Source: a virus
Lineage: Duplodnaviria; Heunggongvirae; Uroviricota; Caudoviricetes
Direction: 5' to 3' (one strand)
Virus record (IMG/VR): IMGVR_UViG_3300020577_006835
Coordinates: 132,588 to 196,587 of that record
DNA length: 64,000 bases
In this document: positions 1 through 8,864 of the stretch, piece by piece
Numbering within the stretch: the first letter of the stretch is position 1
How the letters are laid out: the number at the start of each line of letters is the position of its first letter
Made by a program: the position numbers and the translations under genes
The notes under the pieces: model-generated
What the model saw: the letters and a program-made list of their open reading frames with translations, nothing else
The model's database searches: none
What the model was told of the DNA's origin: nothing

Positions 1-1
1 G

Positions 2-142
2 CTGCAGCGGCGCTACAAGGCACACGTGGCGAAGCTGATGGATCTGCAGCAGCTGGGCAAGGCTCCGGCCCTCAAGGTCAACCTGAAGCCTGAGACGGGC
101 AAGAACAACCCGTTCGGCGGAGCGACCGTCACCAGGAAGTAG
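2..142 (+). CDS. 3' end of hypothetical protein entering from the left
   Basis: Open frame 2 with GC3-rich codons ending at TAG 140-142. Confidence 0.6.
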   Translation: MQRRYKAHVAKLMDLQQLGKAPALKVNLKPETGKNNPFGGATVTRK

Positions 143-253
143 AACTGGGCGCAGCTGCATCTGCACCCGGGCCGCGGGATAGCCGTGCAGGGCGACAAGG
201 CACCACCCTTCGGGAGTCGTGCTTTCCCGCGGTTTGATTGACGCAAGGACGAT

Positions 254-448
254 ATGAAAGACGTGCTGCATGTGGTGTGGGTCCAGCGCATGAAGGCCTA
301 CCCTGACAAGGTGCCGTGGCGCGACTGGGCGCCATCTGGCGAGCCCTACACCTCGCGCACCAAGGCCAGGGAGACGGTGAAGACCCTGCGCCTGATCTAC
401 CCGTGCCACAAGTACAAGCTGGTGGCGTACGACAGGCGGGGTAGGTGA
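254..448 (+). CDS. hypothetical protein (64 aa)
   Basis: AAGGA before ATG; GTGA overlap with next gene. Confidence 0.7.
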   Translation: MKDVLHVVWVQRMKAYPDKVPWRDWAPSGEPYTSRTKARETVKTLRLIYPCHKYKLVAYDRRGR

Positions 449-948
449 GCGTCACGCAGGCGGCAACCCTGCGGTCGCAGCGGTTCTATACACGCCGTGT
501 CGACAGCGGAGTCTGTCTTCGTTGTCGATCTGTGCGGGACCGAAAAGGCGCCTACTGCACAGGTTGTACTGCGAGATTGCGCGACGAGAAGAGGGCTGAG
601 CGAGACCGGTGGCGACAGGGGGGGCTGTGCACCACCTGCGGTGCGGGCCGAGATCTTGAAGGTGTTACCTGTGACTCGTGCAGGACGCGCCGCCGCGCTC
701 GTCACTCCAGGTTGAAGCAGAAAGTGATGGACGGGTACGGAGGTTGTTGTGCATGTTGCGGAGACACCTTTCTAGCCCGCCTGACGATCGACCACGTGAA
801 CAACGACGGCGCTGAGCATCGGCGCTCGTTGTCAAATGAGGCGGCGTTGTATCAGCAGCTGTTGAACAGAGGCTTTCCGGAGGGGTTCCAGGTGCTCTGC
901 GCTAGCTGCAACTTGGCGAAACACGTGGCGGGCTACTGCCCGCACTGA
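445..948 (+). CDS. HNH endonuclease-like protein with CxxC repeats
   Basis: YGGCCACCG..LTIDHVNNDG..FQVLCASCN motif; N-terminal CxxC repeats; lower GC than neighbours. Confidence 0.75.
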   Translation: MSVTQAATLRSQRFYTRRVDSGVCLRCRSVRDRKGAYCTGCTARLRDEKRAERDRWRQGGLCTTCGAGRDLEGVTCDSCRTRRRARHSRLKQKVMDGYGGCCACCGDTFLARLTIDHVNNDGAEHRRSLSNEAALYQQLLNRGFPEGFQVLCASCNLAKHVAGYCPH

Positions 949-962
949 CAGCGAGGTTAGCG

Positions 963-2123
963 ATGAGAAGTACCATGCAGCTGGACGGGCTCTCCTGCGT
1001 TTTGAACATGCCACCTGCGCTGCGCAGTGTGCACCGCGGGGGTGTCGAGGTGGCGCAAAGCCTTCCCCCGCACGCCCCGCAACCAGTTTACTTGGTGGAT
1101 GAGTATCCTGGGTGCCCAGACGTTTGGGAGCGAAGCGGTCCCAGGGTGGTGAGCTATTTCGTCGGGGTCAGAGAGAATTCTGGCATGTGGCTCGACTTCA
1201 ACGGCTGCTGGGCGCACCTGCACGACGTTGCCGTGTTGCCCTCGGTGCAGGGTGTGAACCCGATCACGGGCCAGGCGCAGGAGGGCACGGCGCTGGAGCA
1301 GTACCGCGAGTGCTGCCCTGTGCACACCGAGGTCTTCCAGGACCAACGCTTCTGCCCAGAGTGCAAGTTCCACTGGCCGGCGCAGAACTACCTGGCCACC
1401 ACCGGCACTCCGGCAGGCCACCTTTGGATTGACGGCTTCCGAGCCAAGGACGGCGTGGTCCGCCAGTACATCTTCACCGAGAACGAGGTGCGCTCGGTGG
1501 CCGCGGTCAAGCTGGGCGACAAGCGCGTGCACTCGATCGGCATCGCCTACTACACCAGCAAGGTGAAGAAGCCGGAGCCTCCGCATCGCGGAGTCACGCG
1601 TGGCATCGGCGGCAGCTCACACAACTACAGTGGCGGTATCACCGGCGCCCCGATGTACAAGGGCGGCAAGGGTAGCAGCCTGTACACCTCCAGCGTCAAG
1701 CACGTTGCCACGCCGAGCGCGACGTACAACGTGAACCACTCGGACGAGGAAAGCGGCGTGCTCGGCTTCTGCTCGGCGTCCACGTACACGTCTGCTCCCG
1801 GCGCCCTGCATGAGCCAGACCCGGGGCTGTTCGTGCCCGAGAACCAGAACCTGAAGGCCCTCCACGGCGCGAGCATCGACGGCGCCCTGCGTGGTGTCGT
1901 CGAAGAGCCGCTCGTCATCAAGAAGCTGGAGGTCGGGGCTGGGGCGAAAATCGACCAGGAGGTCCATCCTGACCCACAAGGGTTGGACTTCTGGAACCCG
2001 GAGCCGGCGGCGATCATCTACATCAACTACACCACCGTCGAGCACGTCCGGGAAATCCTGAGTGCTGGCAAGAGGTTGGAGCAGGAGGAGGGTGCCCTGG
2101 CCGGCGTCCAAGTGGGGAACTAG
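963..2123 (+). CDS. conserved hypothetical protein (386 aa)
   Basis: Long GC3-biased ORF; GMWLDF, WIDGF..DGVVRQ and GAGAKIDQEVHPDP..W motifs recall an uncharacterised bacterial/phage family. Confidence 0.7.
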   Translation: MRSTMQLDGLSCVLNMPPALRSVHRGGVEVAQSLPPHAPQPVYLVDEYPGCPDVWERSGPRVVSYFVGVRENSGMWLDFNGCWAHLHDVAVLPSVQGVNPITGQAQEGTALEQYRECCPVHTEVFQDQRFCPECKFHWPAQNYLATTGTPAGHLWIDGFRAKDGVVRQYIFTENEVRSVAAVKLGDKRVHSIGIAYYTSKVKKPEPPHRGVTRGIGGSSHNYSGGITGAPMYKGGKGSSLYTSSVKHVATPSATYNVNHSDEESGVLGFCSASTYTSAPGALHEPDPGLFVPENQNLKALHGASIDGALRGVVEEPLVIKKLEVGAGAKIDQEVHPDPQGLDFWNPEPAAIIYINYTTVEHVREILSAGKRLEQEEGALAGVQVGN

Positions 2124-2226
2124 CGTAGAAATACGGTAGCTGACGGCCCACGTCTTGCAGTTGTGTCCCCCTGCAGCCTGCATCAAATCGGTTATTGAAC
2201 ACCGGTTGAAAAAACGGCAGGTTGGT

Positions 2227-2478
2227 ATGGGGGACAGGATGAACCTCAACGGCAACAGAAGCCAGCTCAGAGCTGAGAGGTGGACGATGCTCGACGTGGG
2301 AAACCAGGCCGAGCGGCAGGAGGAGCTTCCAGCGCTCGTGACCCAGGTGAAATCGGGCTTCGAGGCCATGGTGCTCGCGTTGGCAGACTACCGCGAACGC
2401 TTGAAGGTCTTGGAAGCGGAGATCGTGAACCTCCGTCAGCACTGTGAAGGACACTGCAGGCTCAGGCATAATGGGTGA
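2227..2478 (+). CDS. hypothetical coiled-coil protein (start uncertain)
   Basis: ORF with heptad-like C-terminus; GTGA overlap. Confidence 0.55.
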   Translation: MGDRMNLNGNRSQLRAERWTMLDVGNQAERQEELPALVTQVKSGFEAMVLALADYRERLKVLEAEIVNLRQHCEGHCRLRHNG

Positions 2479-2732
2479 CGGTGAACGCCGCCCAGTATAA
2501 GCCGATCGGTCCGCAGCTCGCGAAGGCAGCGGACAAGGCGCACGAGTTCGGTCGGCTGGTGCACGACTTTGTTGTGCGCTACGGGCCGAACCGCCCCAGC
2601 TCGGAGATGCTCGCAGCTCTGATGGACTACCTGCGCATTCGCAACATCGCACTTGAAAGTGTCGGCGCAGATCTACTCGTAAAAGCTGCGCTCCTTGAAA
2701 GAGATGACCTGGTAAACCCTCCAAGCAGGTGA
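2475..2732 (+). CDS. hypothetical protein
   Basis: Overlapping start/stop with neighbour. Confidence 0.6.
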   Translation: MTVNAAQYKPIGPQLAKAADKAHEFGRLVHDFVVRYGPNRPSSEMLAALMDYLRIRNIALESVGADLLVKAALLERDDLVNPPSR

Positions 2733-2745
2733 TACCTCGGCCGGC

Positions 2746-3531
2746 ATGGCGAGAGTGTTCATCGGCGTCCCCTCCTACAACGGCATGATCTGCGCAGGCA
2801 TCGTGCCGGGTCTTTTCCAGGTCACCTCCAAGCACACGATCCACTTCACCTCTGTCGGCACATCCCTGCTGGCGAACGGCTTCAACAAGCTCTGGTGCAC
2901 TGCCAGGCAGATGAACCGCTTCGACTACTTCGTGATGATCCACGCCGACATCCAGCCCGATCAGGACTCGCTGATCAAGCTGCTGGAGATCGCCAAGAAG
3001 ACCGATGCGGACGTGGTCTCGGCCATCTCGCCGATCAAGAACGTGCACGGGCTCACGTCGACCGCGATCGGCAACCCTGACGATCCGTGGGACCCGCCGC
3101 GGCGCCTCACCATGAACGAGGTGCACCAGATGCCGGCCACGTTCGGCATCAAGGACACCGACACGCCGGACAAGATCCTGATGATCAACACCGGCTTCAT
3201 GGTGGTCGACCTGCGCAAGCCGTGGGTCAAGGAGTTCCCCGGCTTCACGATCCAGGACCGGATCTCGGTCCACGGCGGGCAGTTCGTGACCCAGGTGATC
3301 CCTGAGGACTGGGCCTTCTCCAGGTTCCTGTGGGAGAAGGGTGCCAAGGTGCTGGCGACCAGGGAGCCGGTGCTGCACCACTTCGGCATGTACCCGTTCA
3401 CGAACGCGGCCCCGTGGGGCTCGGACGGACGCGACGAGGAGTGGTACAAGAACCACCCGACAGATGGGGGCGGGGGAGCTGGCGACGGTGATCTGGGGGA
3501 GGTCACCGTCGCCAGCGGGTCGGCTGGCTGA
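2746..3531 (+). CDS. GT-A fold (GT2-like) glycosyltransferase
   Basis: N-terminal VFIGVPSYNG strand, HADI (DxD-like), TGFMVV, EDWAF. Confidence 0.75.
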   Translation: MARVFIGVPSYNGMICAGIVPGLFQVTSKHTIHFTSVGTSLLANGFNKLWCTARQMNRFDYFVMIHADIQPDQDSLIKLLEIAKKTDADVVSAISPIKNVHGLTSTAIGNPDDPWDPPRRLTMNEVHQMPATFGIKDTDTPDKILMINTGFMVVDLRKPWVKEFPGFTIQDRISVHGGQFVTQVIPEDWAFSRFLWEKGAKVLATREPVLHHFGMYPFTNAAPWGSDGRDEEWYKNHPTDGGGGAGDGDLGEVTVASGSAG

Positions 3532-3557
3532 GGGGGTGGTACTCAGCTAGCCGCACT

Positions 3558-3884
3558 TCACTCCGGGGCGTACAGCTCCGGTCGGATCGAGCCGCCGCAG
3601 AAGACGGCGACGATCTCTGCCCTGTGCACACCCTTCACGCTGACCAGGGCGAACGACCCGTTGCAGCCCGGTAGCCGAGGCTTCGCGCTGAACGATACCA
3701 GCAGCGCCGCGTTCCAGCGAGCTTCGCAGCGCAGTTCGACCTCGGCCGTGCCGGGGAACTGCTCCCTGATGGCCTGCTCGATGGCCGGTGAGGCTGCCTG
3801 GAAATGGGCTTTCCCGCACCGGCGAGCGTGCGCCTGAGTCGACAGCGTGAGCAGCGCGAGTAGTGTGATGGCCAGCGTCTTCAT
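3558..3884 (-). CDS. secreted Cys-containing hypothetical protein
   Basis: MKTLAITLLALLTLSTQAHA signal peptide. Confidence 0.65.
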   Translation of the reverse strand: MKTLAITLLALLTLSTQAHARRCGKAHFQAASPAIEQAIREQFPGTAEVELRCEARWNAALLVSFSAKPRLPGCNGSFALVSVKGVHRAEIVAVFCGGSIRPELYAPE

Positions 3885-4051
3885 CACGCGTACCACGTCG
3901 CGTCCGCCTCCAGGCGGTAGCGGAGCTGGTTCTGCGCCTCCTGCGTCGGCGCGTAGCCGAAGCAGAACGGGGTGCGCTTGCCGAGCCGGACGGCGACGGC
4001 GAAGAGCTTGTGGCCACGGATCACCTGTACGCGAATGATGTTGTTCAGCAT
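3884..4051 (-). CDS. hypothetical protein (55 aa), probably leaderless
   Basis: MLNNIIRVQ...; TGATG coupling to downstream gene; ATG 6 nt after -10 box. Confidence 0.65.
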   Translation of the reverse strand: MLNNIIRVQVIRGHKLFAVAVRLGKRTPFCFGYAPTQEAQNQLRYRLEADATWYA

Positions 4052-4057
4052 GCAAAG

Positions 4058-4087
4058 ATCTTAGCACACGACTCGGCACCTTGTCAA
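4058..4087 (-). promoter_or_regulatory. sigma70-type promoter TTGACA-N18-TAAGAT (extended -10)
   Basis: Reverse complement gttgacaaggtgccgagtcgtgtgctaagat. Confidence 0.7.
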
Positions 4088-4091
4088 CACC

Positions 4092-4391
4092 TCAGGAGAC
4101 CAAAGTCAGCAGCCAGGCCCCGAAGAGTGCGAACAGGGGTCGCAGGAAGGAGCCAACCATGCCCATGATGGCGTCTTTCATGCCCTCGTCGTCGTTGCCA
4201 GAGGGGATGTACTGGTGTGCGCCGAGGCCGATGATCATGGAGATGCCGGCTGCAGCTGTGACCCAGATCTGAGGCAGGCCGAAGTTGGGCACCACGAACC
4301 AGGACCAGATCCTGGCGATGACCCAGCCCTCCCACAGGTTGCCGAGGATGCCGAACAGCGAGCAGGCGACGAGCACGAGGAAAACGGGCAT
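4092..4391 (-). CDS. small membrane protein
   Basis: Three hydrophobic segments; GGAGA RBS. Confidence 0.65.
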   Translation of the reverse strand: MPVFLVLVACSLFGILGNLWEGWVIARIWSWFVVPNFGLPQIWVTAAAGISMIIGLGAHQYIPSGNDDEGMKDAIMGMVGSFLRPLFALFGAWLLTLVS

Positions 4392-4429
4392 GGTCTTCTT
4401 TCTCCGGCACAGCCGGGGTTGATGGCGAC

Positions 4430-4459
4430 CAATTAGCACCCGAGACGTGTTTGTGTCAA
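4430..4459 (-). promoter_or_regulatory. sigma70-type promoter TTGACA-N18-TAATTG
   Basis: Reverse complement gttgacacaaacacgtctcgggtgctaattg. Confidence 0.65.
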
Positions 4460-4520
4460 CAAGGGCTTCACAAGTCGTTCAGGGTGTGGTACACCGAGAG
4501 GCTGGACGAAAGGGGATTGG

Positions 4521-5033
4521 ATGAAATTGAACGTGATCGAGGCGCCCAACTTCTTCCTGCCTGGGAGTAGTGAGCCGACCATCTTCTTGGCCGGCGGCAT
4601 CACCAACTGTTACGACTGGCAGAGCAGCTTCATCAATCTGCTGCAGGAGTCGCACGAGAGTTGGCGTCTGCACAGTCAGACGCTGCGCGTGCTCAACCCG
4701 CGCAGACCAGTGTTCCCGGACAACAGGGACAAGGTCGAAGTCGAGAAGCAGATCGCCTGGGAGTTCGCCGGCCTGATCGAGGCGGACGTGATCGTGTTCT
4801 TCTTCCCCGAAGGTCCGTCCGTGTGCCCGATCGCGCTCTTCGAGCTGGGCCGGTGGTCTGTCAGCGACAAGCCTGTGCTGGTCTGCGCCGAGCAGGGCTA
4901 CGAGCGGGAGCAGGACATCGAGCTGCAGATGTGGCTGGTCAAGCAGACTGGCGCTGGCCAGGTCCAGCTGGTGGACTCGATCCAGTACCTGGTGCACTCA
5001 ACCATGCTGACTCTGAGGGACTTGAGATCATGA
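4521..5033 (+). CDS. nucleoside 2-deoxyribosyltransferase-like protein
   Basis: IFLAGGI..WQ, VLNPRR, QIAWE, FFFP..CPIALFELG. Confidence 0.8.
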   Translation: MKLNVIEAPNFFLPGSSEPTIFLAGGITNCYDWQSSFINLLQESHESWRLHSQTLRVLNPRRPVFPDNRDKVEVEKQIAWEFAGLIEADVIVFFFPEGPSVCPIALFELGRWSVSDKPVLVCAEQGYEREQDIELQMWLVKQTGAGQVQLVDSIQYLVHSTMLTLRDLRS

Positions 5034-5944
5034 AGACGTTGATTCTCTATCACGGCAACTGTCCCGACGGCCTCGCAGCCGCATGGGTGGCTCGCCGCTA
5101 CTTCGGCAAGGAGAACGTGGACTGCATCCCGGTCTTCCACGGCAAGGAGCCGCCCGACGTCACCGGCCGCACGGTCTACCTGCTCGACTTCGCCTACAAG
5201 CCGGACGTGCTGGAGGAGATGCGAGCCAAGGCCTTCGCCCTGGTCGTGATCGACCACCACGTGACGGCGCGTGACGACCTGGCCGGGCAGCCCAACTGCT
5301 ACTTCGACATGAACCACTCCGGTTGCGTGCTGGCCTGGAAGTTCTTCTTCCAGGGTGAGGACGTCGCCGAGGAAGAGCCGGTGCCGCTCTTCCTGCAGTA
5401 CGTGGAGGATAGGGACCTTTTCCGCAACGTGCTCCCGGACACGGAGGAGATCGCGGCCGCACGGTGGTCCTACCCGCAGACCTTCGAGACGCTGGACGAG
5501 CTGATCCCCGAGACCAGCTACGAGCAGTCGAGAGTCATGAGGCAGCTGGCCGTGGACGGTGTCGCTCTGCTCCGCGGGCAGCGCGTGAAGATCGAAGAGA
5601 TGGCCGACAACGCGCAGTTCTTCGACATCGGCGGCTACGTGGTGCCGGTGGTCAACGCGTCAATCTACTTCTCGGACGTGGCGGCCGAACTGTACAAGCG
5701 GTACCCGAGCTACCCGTTCGCGGCCTACTACTTCGACCGCGGTGACGGCATCAGGCAGTGGGGCCTGTTCAACCCGAACGACAGCGAGTTCGACGTGTCG
5801 ACCATCGCACGCCTGTTCGGCGGTGGGGGCCACAGGCACGCTGCCGGTTTCCAGCAGAACATCGAGGGTAACAACCCTCTTCTGCTGGGCAAGGTGTGCG
5901 ACCTGTGCGCCGTGCGCATCGCAGAGGCGGAGCAGCCGGAGTGA
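5030..5944 (+). CDS. DHH/DHHA1 phosphoesterase
   Basis: YHGNCPDG, VIDHH, YVEDRDL, GGGGHRHAAGF. Confidence 0.85.
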   Translation: MKTLILYHGNCPDGLAAAWVARRYFGKENVDCIPVFHGKEPPDVTGRTVYLLDFAYKPDVLEEMRAKAFALVVIDHHVTARDDLAGQPNCYFDMNHSGCVLAWKFFFQGEDVAEEEPVPLFLQYVEDRDLFRNVLPDTEEIAAARWSYPQTFETLDELIPETSYEQSRVMRQLAVDGVALLRGQRVKIEEMADNAQFFDIGGYVVPVVNASIYFSDVAAELYKRYPSYPFAAYYFDRGDGIRQWGLFNPNDSEFDVSTIARLFGGGGHRHAAGFQQNIEGNNPLLLGKVCDLCAVRIAEAEQPE

Positions 5945-6144
5945 ACGTCTTTGGATTGACGGTGGACCCGTGGGTCGTGTTCCTGATTAGCTTCGCCTGG
6001 GCCTGGCTCTCTGCCGCGCTGTCCGCGAAGGGTGAGCCTGGAGAGGGTCTCGCCTATACGATCTTCGCGGCCGTCATCCTCGTCGTGCTCCTGTGCGTTG
6101 GTCTTGGAGCCGCTACAATCGTCACCACCATCAGAGGAGGTTGA
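5941..6144 (+). CDS. small membrane protein
   Basis: Two hydrophobic helices; GTGA overlap. Confidence 0.6.
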   Translation: MNVFGLTVDPWVVFLISFAWAWLSAALSAKGEPGEGLAYTIFAAVILVVLLCVGLGAATIVTTIRGG

Positions 6145-6146
6145 AC

Positions 6147-6551
6147 TTGGACTCGGACAACTTGATCAAGAAGCATCTCGTCGAGAGCAATCCGGGCGCA
6201 TCGCGTTCGTGGATCGCACCCGACGACACCGTGTACCCGCTGGACGTGGCCAACGGGCAGTTCCACGTTCACTGGGCCGAGGACAACGGCGACAAGATCC
6301 ATCCGAGCCTCCACGTGCACGACCAGAACGGCAAGCTCTGGGGTGAGCGCATGATGGACAAGATGATCCTGGCCGGCTGGATCAGGAAGAACAACAAGGA
6401 GCTGCAGTGCGGTGAGGGTCACGAGCACCGTGTGCAGGCGCACATCGACCGGTACGGCATGGGCAAGTGGCACCAGGTCAAGATCAATCTGAAGGCCGGC
6501 GGCAGGAAGGAGATGTCCTTCAAGGAGGGTGAGGTCCCGAGGGAGTGGTGA
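6147..6551 (+). CDS. leader-motif protein with GWIR module
   Basis: GGAGG then TTG; MDSDNLIKKHLVE leader; AGWIRK..GEGHEHRV shared with 15188 gene. Confidence 0.7.
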   Translation: MDSDNLIKKHLVESNPGASRSWIAPDDTVYPLDVANGQFHVHWAEDNGDKIHPSLHVHDQNGKLWGERMMDKMILAGWIRKNNKELQCGEGHEHRVQAHIDRYGMGKWHQVKINLKAGGRKEMSFKEGEVPREW

Positions 6552-6732
6552 GACGGACGAAGAAAGTACTTGCACACGAAAGCTGAAGTCTGCTACGGTC
6601 CACGACATGAAGGTTCTGGACCACATGGCTTGTGCAAGCTACCGATCGTCGAGTCCGCTCGCGTCGAGCGCCGCCGCGTCCAGCTCCTATACGTCAAGCT
6701 ATCGAAGCTGACGTCTAGGAGTTCCTTCTTTC

Positions 6733-6821
6733 GGAGAGGTGGCTGAGTCAGGCTGAAAGCGCCGGCTTTGAACACCGGTGAAGGGTGATGCCTTCCGTGA
6801 GTTCGAATCTCACCCTCTCCG
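6733..6821 (+). tRNA. trnS: tRNA-Ser(TGA)
   Basis: Cloverleaf GGAGAGG..CCTCTCC, long variable arm, GTTCGAAT; no CCA. Confidence 0.9.
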
Positions 6822-6825
6822 CTCT

Positions 6826-6898
6826 GGGGTTGTAGCTCACCTGGGAGAGCGTCGCACTTGCAATGCGAAGGTAAGGGGTTCGAGTCCCCTCAACTCCA
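6826..6898 (+). tRNA. trnA: tRNA-Ala(TGC)
   Basis: GGGGTTG acceptor with G3:U70, TCGCA-CTTGCAA-TGCGA anticodon arm. Confidence 0.92.
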
Positions 6899-6901
6899 CT
6901 T

Positions 6902-7079
6902 ATGAAGAGAGTGTTCACGTTCTGCCCGGTGTGCGGGAAGAAGGGGGGGGCACAAGCTGCACCCGACACGCTGGGATACAGGGCACGGCTGGCAGTGCCG
7001 GTACTGCTACGTGTGGAGCAACAACAGGCCAGACGAGCCTGACAAGGAGACGCTGAAGAAGCTTGGTCGAGTTACTTGA
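6902..7079 (+). pseudogene. zinc-ribbon ORF frameshifted at a G8 run
   Basis: CPVCG before and WQCRYC after G8 at 6943-6950; in frame only if one G is removed. Confidence 0.5.
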
Positions 7080-7080
7080 C

Positions 7081-7164
7081 GGGTAGGAGGTCCCAATGGC
7101 GCGGGGCGCAGGTCTGTAAAACCTGTTTCTTCGGAAGTTGATGGTTCGAGTCCATCCCTACCCA
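7081..7164 (+). tRNA. trnY: tRNA-Tyr(GTA)
   Basis: GGGTAGG..CCTACCC, CAGGT-CTGTAAA-ACCTG, variable arm. Confidence 0.9.
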
Positions 7165-7284
7165 CTCGCGGAGAGGTTGGGGCAACTCATCGAAGCCGGA
7201 GCGTCGTGGGTTGACATCGGGCGCAGGTTTGGGGTCTCCGATGTAGCTGCAAAAAAGTGGGCGAAGAAGCACCAGCTTGTCTGA
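7165..7284 (+). pseudogene. remnant C-terminal HTH of an HNH homing endonuclease
   Basis: Start-less frame ERLGQLIEAGASWVDIGRRFGVSDVAAKKWAKKH*. Confidence 0.5.
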
Positions 7285-7371
7285 TGAACGGTGGCCGAGT
7301 CAGGCTGAAGGCAACGTCTTGGAAAGGCGTCAGACCTCAGGGTCTCGTGGGTTCGAATCCCACCCGTTCAA
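7285..7371 (+). tRNA. trnS: tRNA-Ser(GGA)
   Basis: TGAACGG..CCGTTCA, ACGTC-TTGGAAA-GGCGT, long variable arm. Confidence 0.85.
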
Positions 7372-7390
7372 CGTCGGCCGATACAGCTGT

Positions 7391-7477
7391 TGGGTCGTGG
7401 GTGAGCCAGGCTGAAACCAACGCTTTGCTAAAGCGTCGCACCGCAAGGTGCCGTGGGTTCGAATCCCACCGTCCCAG
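7391..7477 (+). tRNA. trnS: tRNA-Ser(GCT)
   Basis: ACGCT-TTGCTAA-AGCGT, long variable arm, one T-T mismatch in acceptor stem. Confidence 0.85.
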
Positions 7478-7524
7478 TTCCGCTCTCTTCCCGGGTCCAC
7501 GACGAAGCAGGTAGGATGGCAAGC

Positions 7525-8247
7525 ATGGACAAGATCGACGACATCCTGAAGACCGTGCTCGAAGGCTGCGCCCCCGAGGCGGCCGAGTACTACGCAACGC
7601 TGGAGAAGCCGGGCTGCACGATCCGCGACATCGCCGTGGCCATGGTCAAGGGCGACAAGCGGGGCCTCAGCGAGGCCTCCGTCGGCAGGGTGTACCAGCG
7701 CTGGCAGGCGGCCAAGAAGGGCCAGGGCAGCTTCGCCATGCTCACCGGCTGGCGCAGTGAGAACGGCCCGGTCAGGAACACGGCCAACAACCTGGAGATC
7801 GAGAGCCACCTGCGCGCCCGCAACCTGGGCTTCAACAGGATGCACGGTGCTGGCCAGGAGCGCGACGAGAAGACCGGCGAGCCCAAGATCTCACACGAGA
7901 AGTCGTTCTTCGTCCACAACATCGACCTGAAGACGGCGCACGCCCTGGCCACCAAGTACAGGCAGACCAGCTACATCTACTCCGGCCCCGAGACCGGCGG
8001 CAAGGTGCACCTGATCTACCCGGGCAGCCCGGCCGACAACGAGGTCTGGGACACGTTCCACCCGAAGCTGGCGGCCAAGTACTTCTCTCTGCTCAGGGGC
8101 AAGAGGGCGGGCCAGCCGTTCCACTTCGACTCGCCCGAGTTCCCGGCCGTGCACGAGGACTGGGACGAGCTGTGGATCGAGTACGTGCCCGCGGACCTGC
8201 AGGAGGCACGCTGGCTCGACAGCTGGGTCAGGAAGCTGAGCGCCTGA
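7525..8247 (+). CDS. DUF3293 / SAM-lyase-like protein with leader motif
   Basis: MDKIDDILKTVLEG leader; FAMLTGWRSE..N..N..L..G..E..EKSFFV..KYRQTSYIY. Confidence 0.55.
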   Translation: MDKIDDILKTVLEGCAPEAAEYYATLEKPGCTIRDIAVAMVKGDKRGLSEASVGRVYQRWQAAKKGQGSFAMLTGWRSENGPVRNTANNLEIESHLRARNLGFNRMHGAGQERDEKTGEPKISHEKSFFVHNIDLKTAHALATKYRQTSYIYSGPETGGKVHLIYPGSPADNEVWDTFHPKLAAKYFSLLRGKRAGQPFHFDSPEFPAVHEDWDELWIEYVPADLQEARWLDSWVRKLSA

Positions 8248-8267
8248 TCTGAACGAAAGGGGAACGG

Positions 8268-8786
8268 ATGGGGCTGTACAAGGAAGTCTACCTGCAGGCG
8301 CTGAACGCGCTGCTAGCCAGAAACACGTTGAGCAGTCAGCAGGCCGTGGAAGAGGCTGACAGCATCGCCAGGGACGTCTACGACCGCTACGGCGAGGCCT
8401 TCGAGAAGACCGTCGTGGCCGTGATCCCACTCGACGAGAGCTGCAACTGGTGCGCGTACTTCGTCGACCCGGACGACCCGAACGGGGAGCTGCTCGAAGC
8501 CGACATGCGTGGCGGGGTGCAGAAGTTCTACAGCGACGGCACGAGCGAGGTCTTCTACCTTCACGAGGATGGCCGGCAGAGGTCCATCCACCAGGACCTG
8601 AGCTTCGCCTTCCTGACCAACGACCAGTGTGAGGAGGGGGACGAGACCGATGACAGGGTCGAAGCCGTCCGAGCGAGGTTCCGCGCCAAGCCGGGTGCTG
8701 ACGATGAGCCTGGCGTGGTCACTGCCAGAGAGATCATCGCCCGGCCAGGGGCCGAAATTCTAGCCCGTCTGCGTCAGCGGACCTGA
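8268..8786 (+). CDS. hypothetical protein
   Basis: GGGGA RBS, GC3-biased codons. Confidence 0.7.
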   Translation: MGLYKEVYLQALNALLARNTLSSQQAVEEADSIARDVYDRYGEAFEKTVVAVIPLDESCNWCAYFVDPDDPNGELLEADMRGGVQKFYSDGTSEVFYLHEDGRQRSIHQDLSFAFLTNDQCEEGDETDDRVEAVRARFRAKPGADDEPGVVTAREIIARPGAEILARLRQRT

Positions 8787-8864
8787 TGTCCGGCGGGCCT
8801 CCCGTGGTACCCTGTGCCACGGATGCTCGCGTCGAGAACTACAAGCTGTTGGGGGTCTACGCAC

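Noticed and set aside
6549-6760. Readthrough of the TGA at 6549-6551 into an in-frame open stretch
   Set aside because: The extension has weak codon bias, runs into the tRNA-Ser gene and has no recognisable motif.
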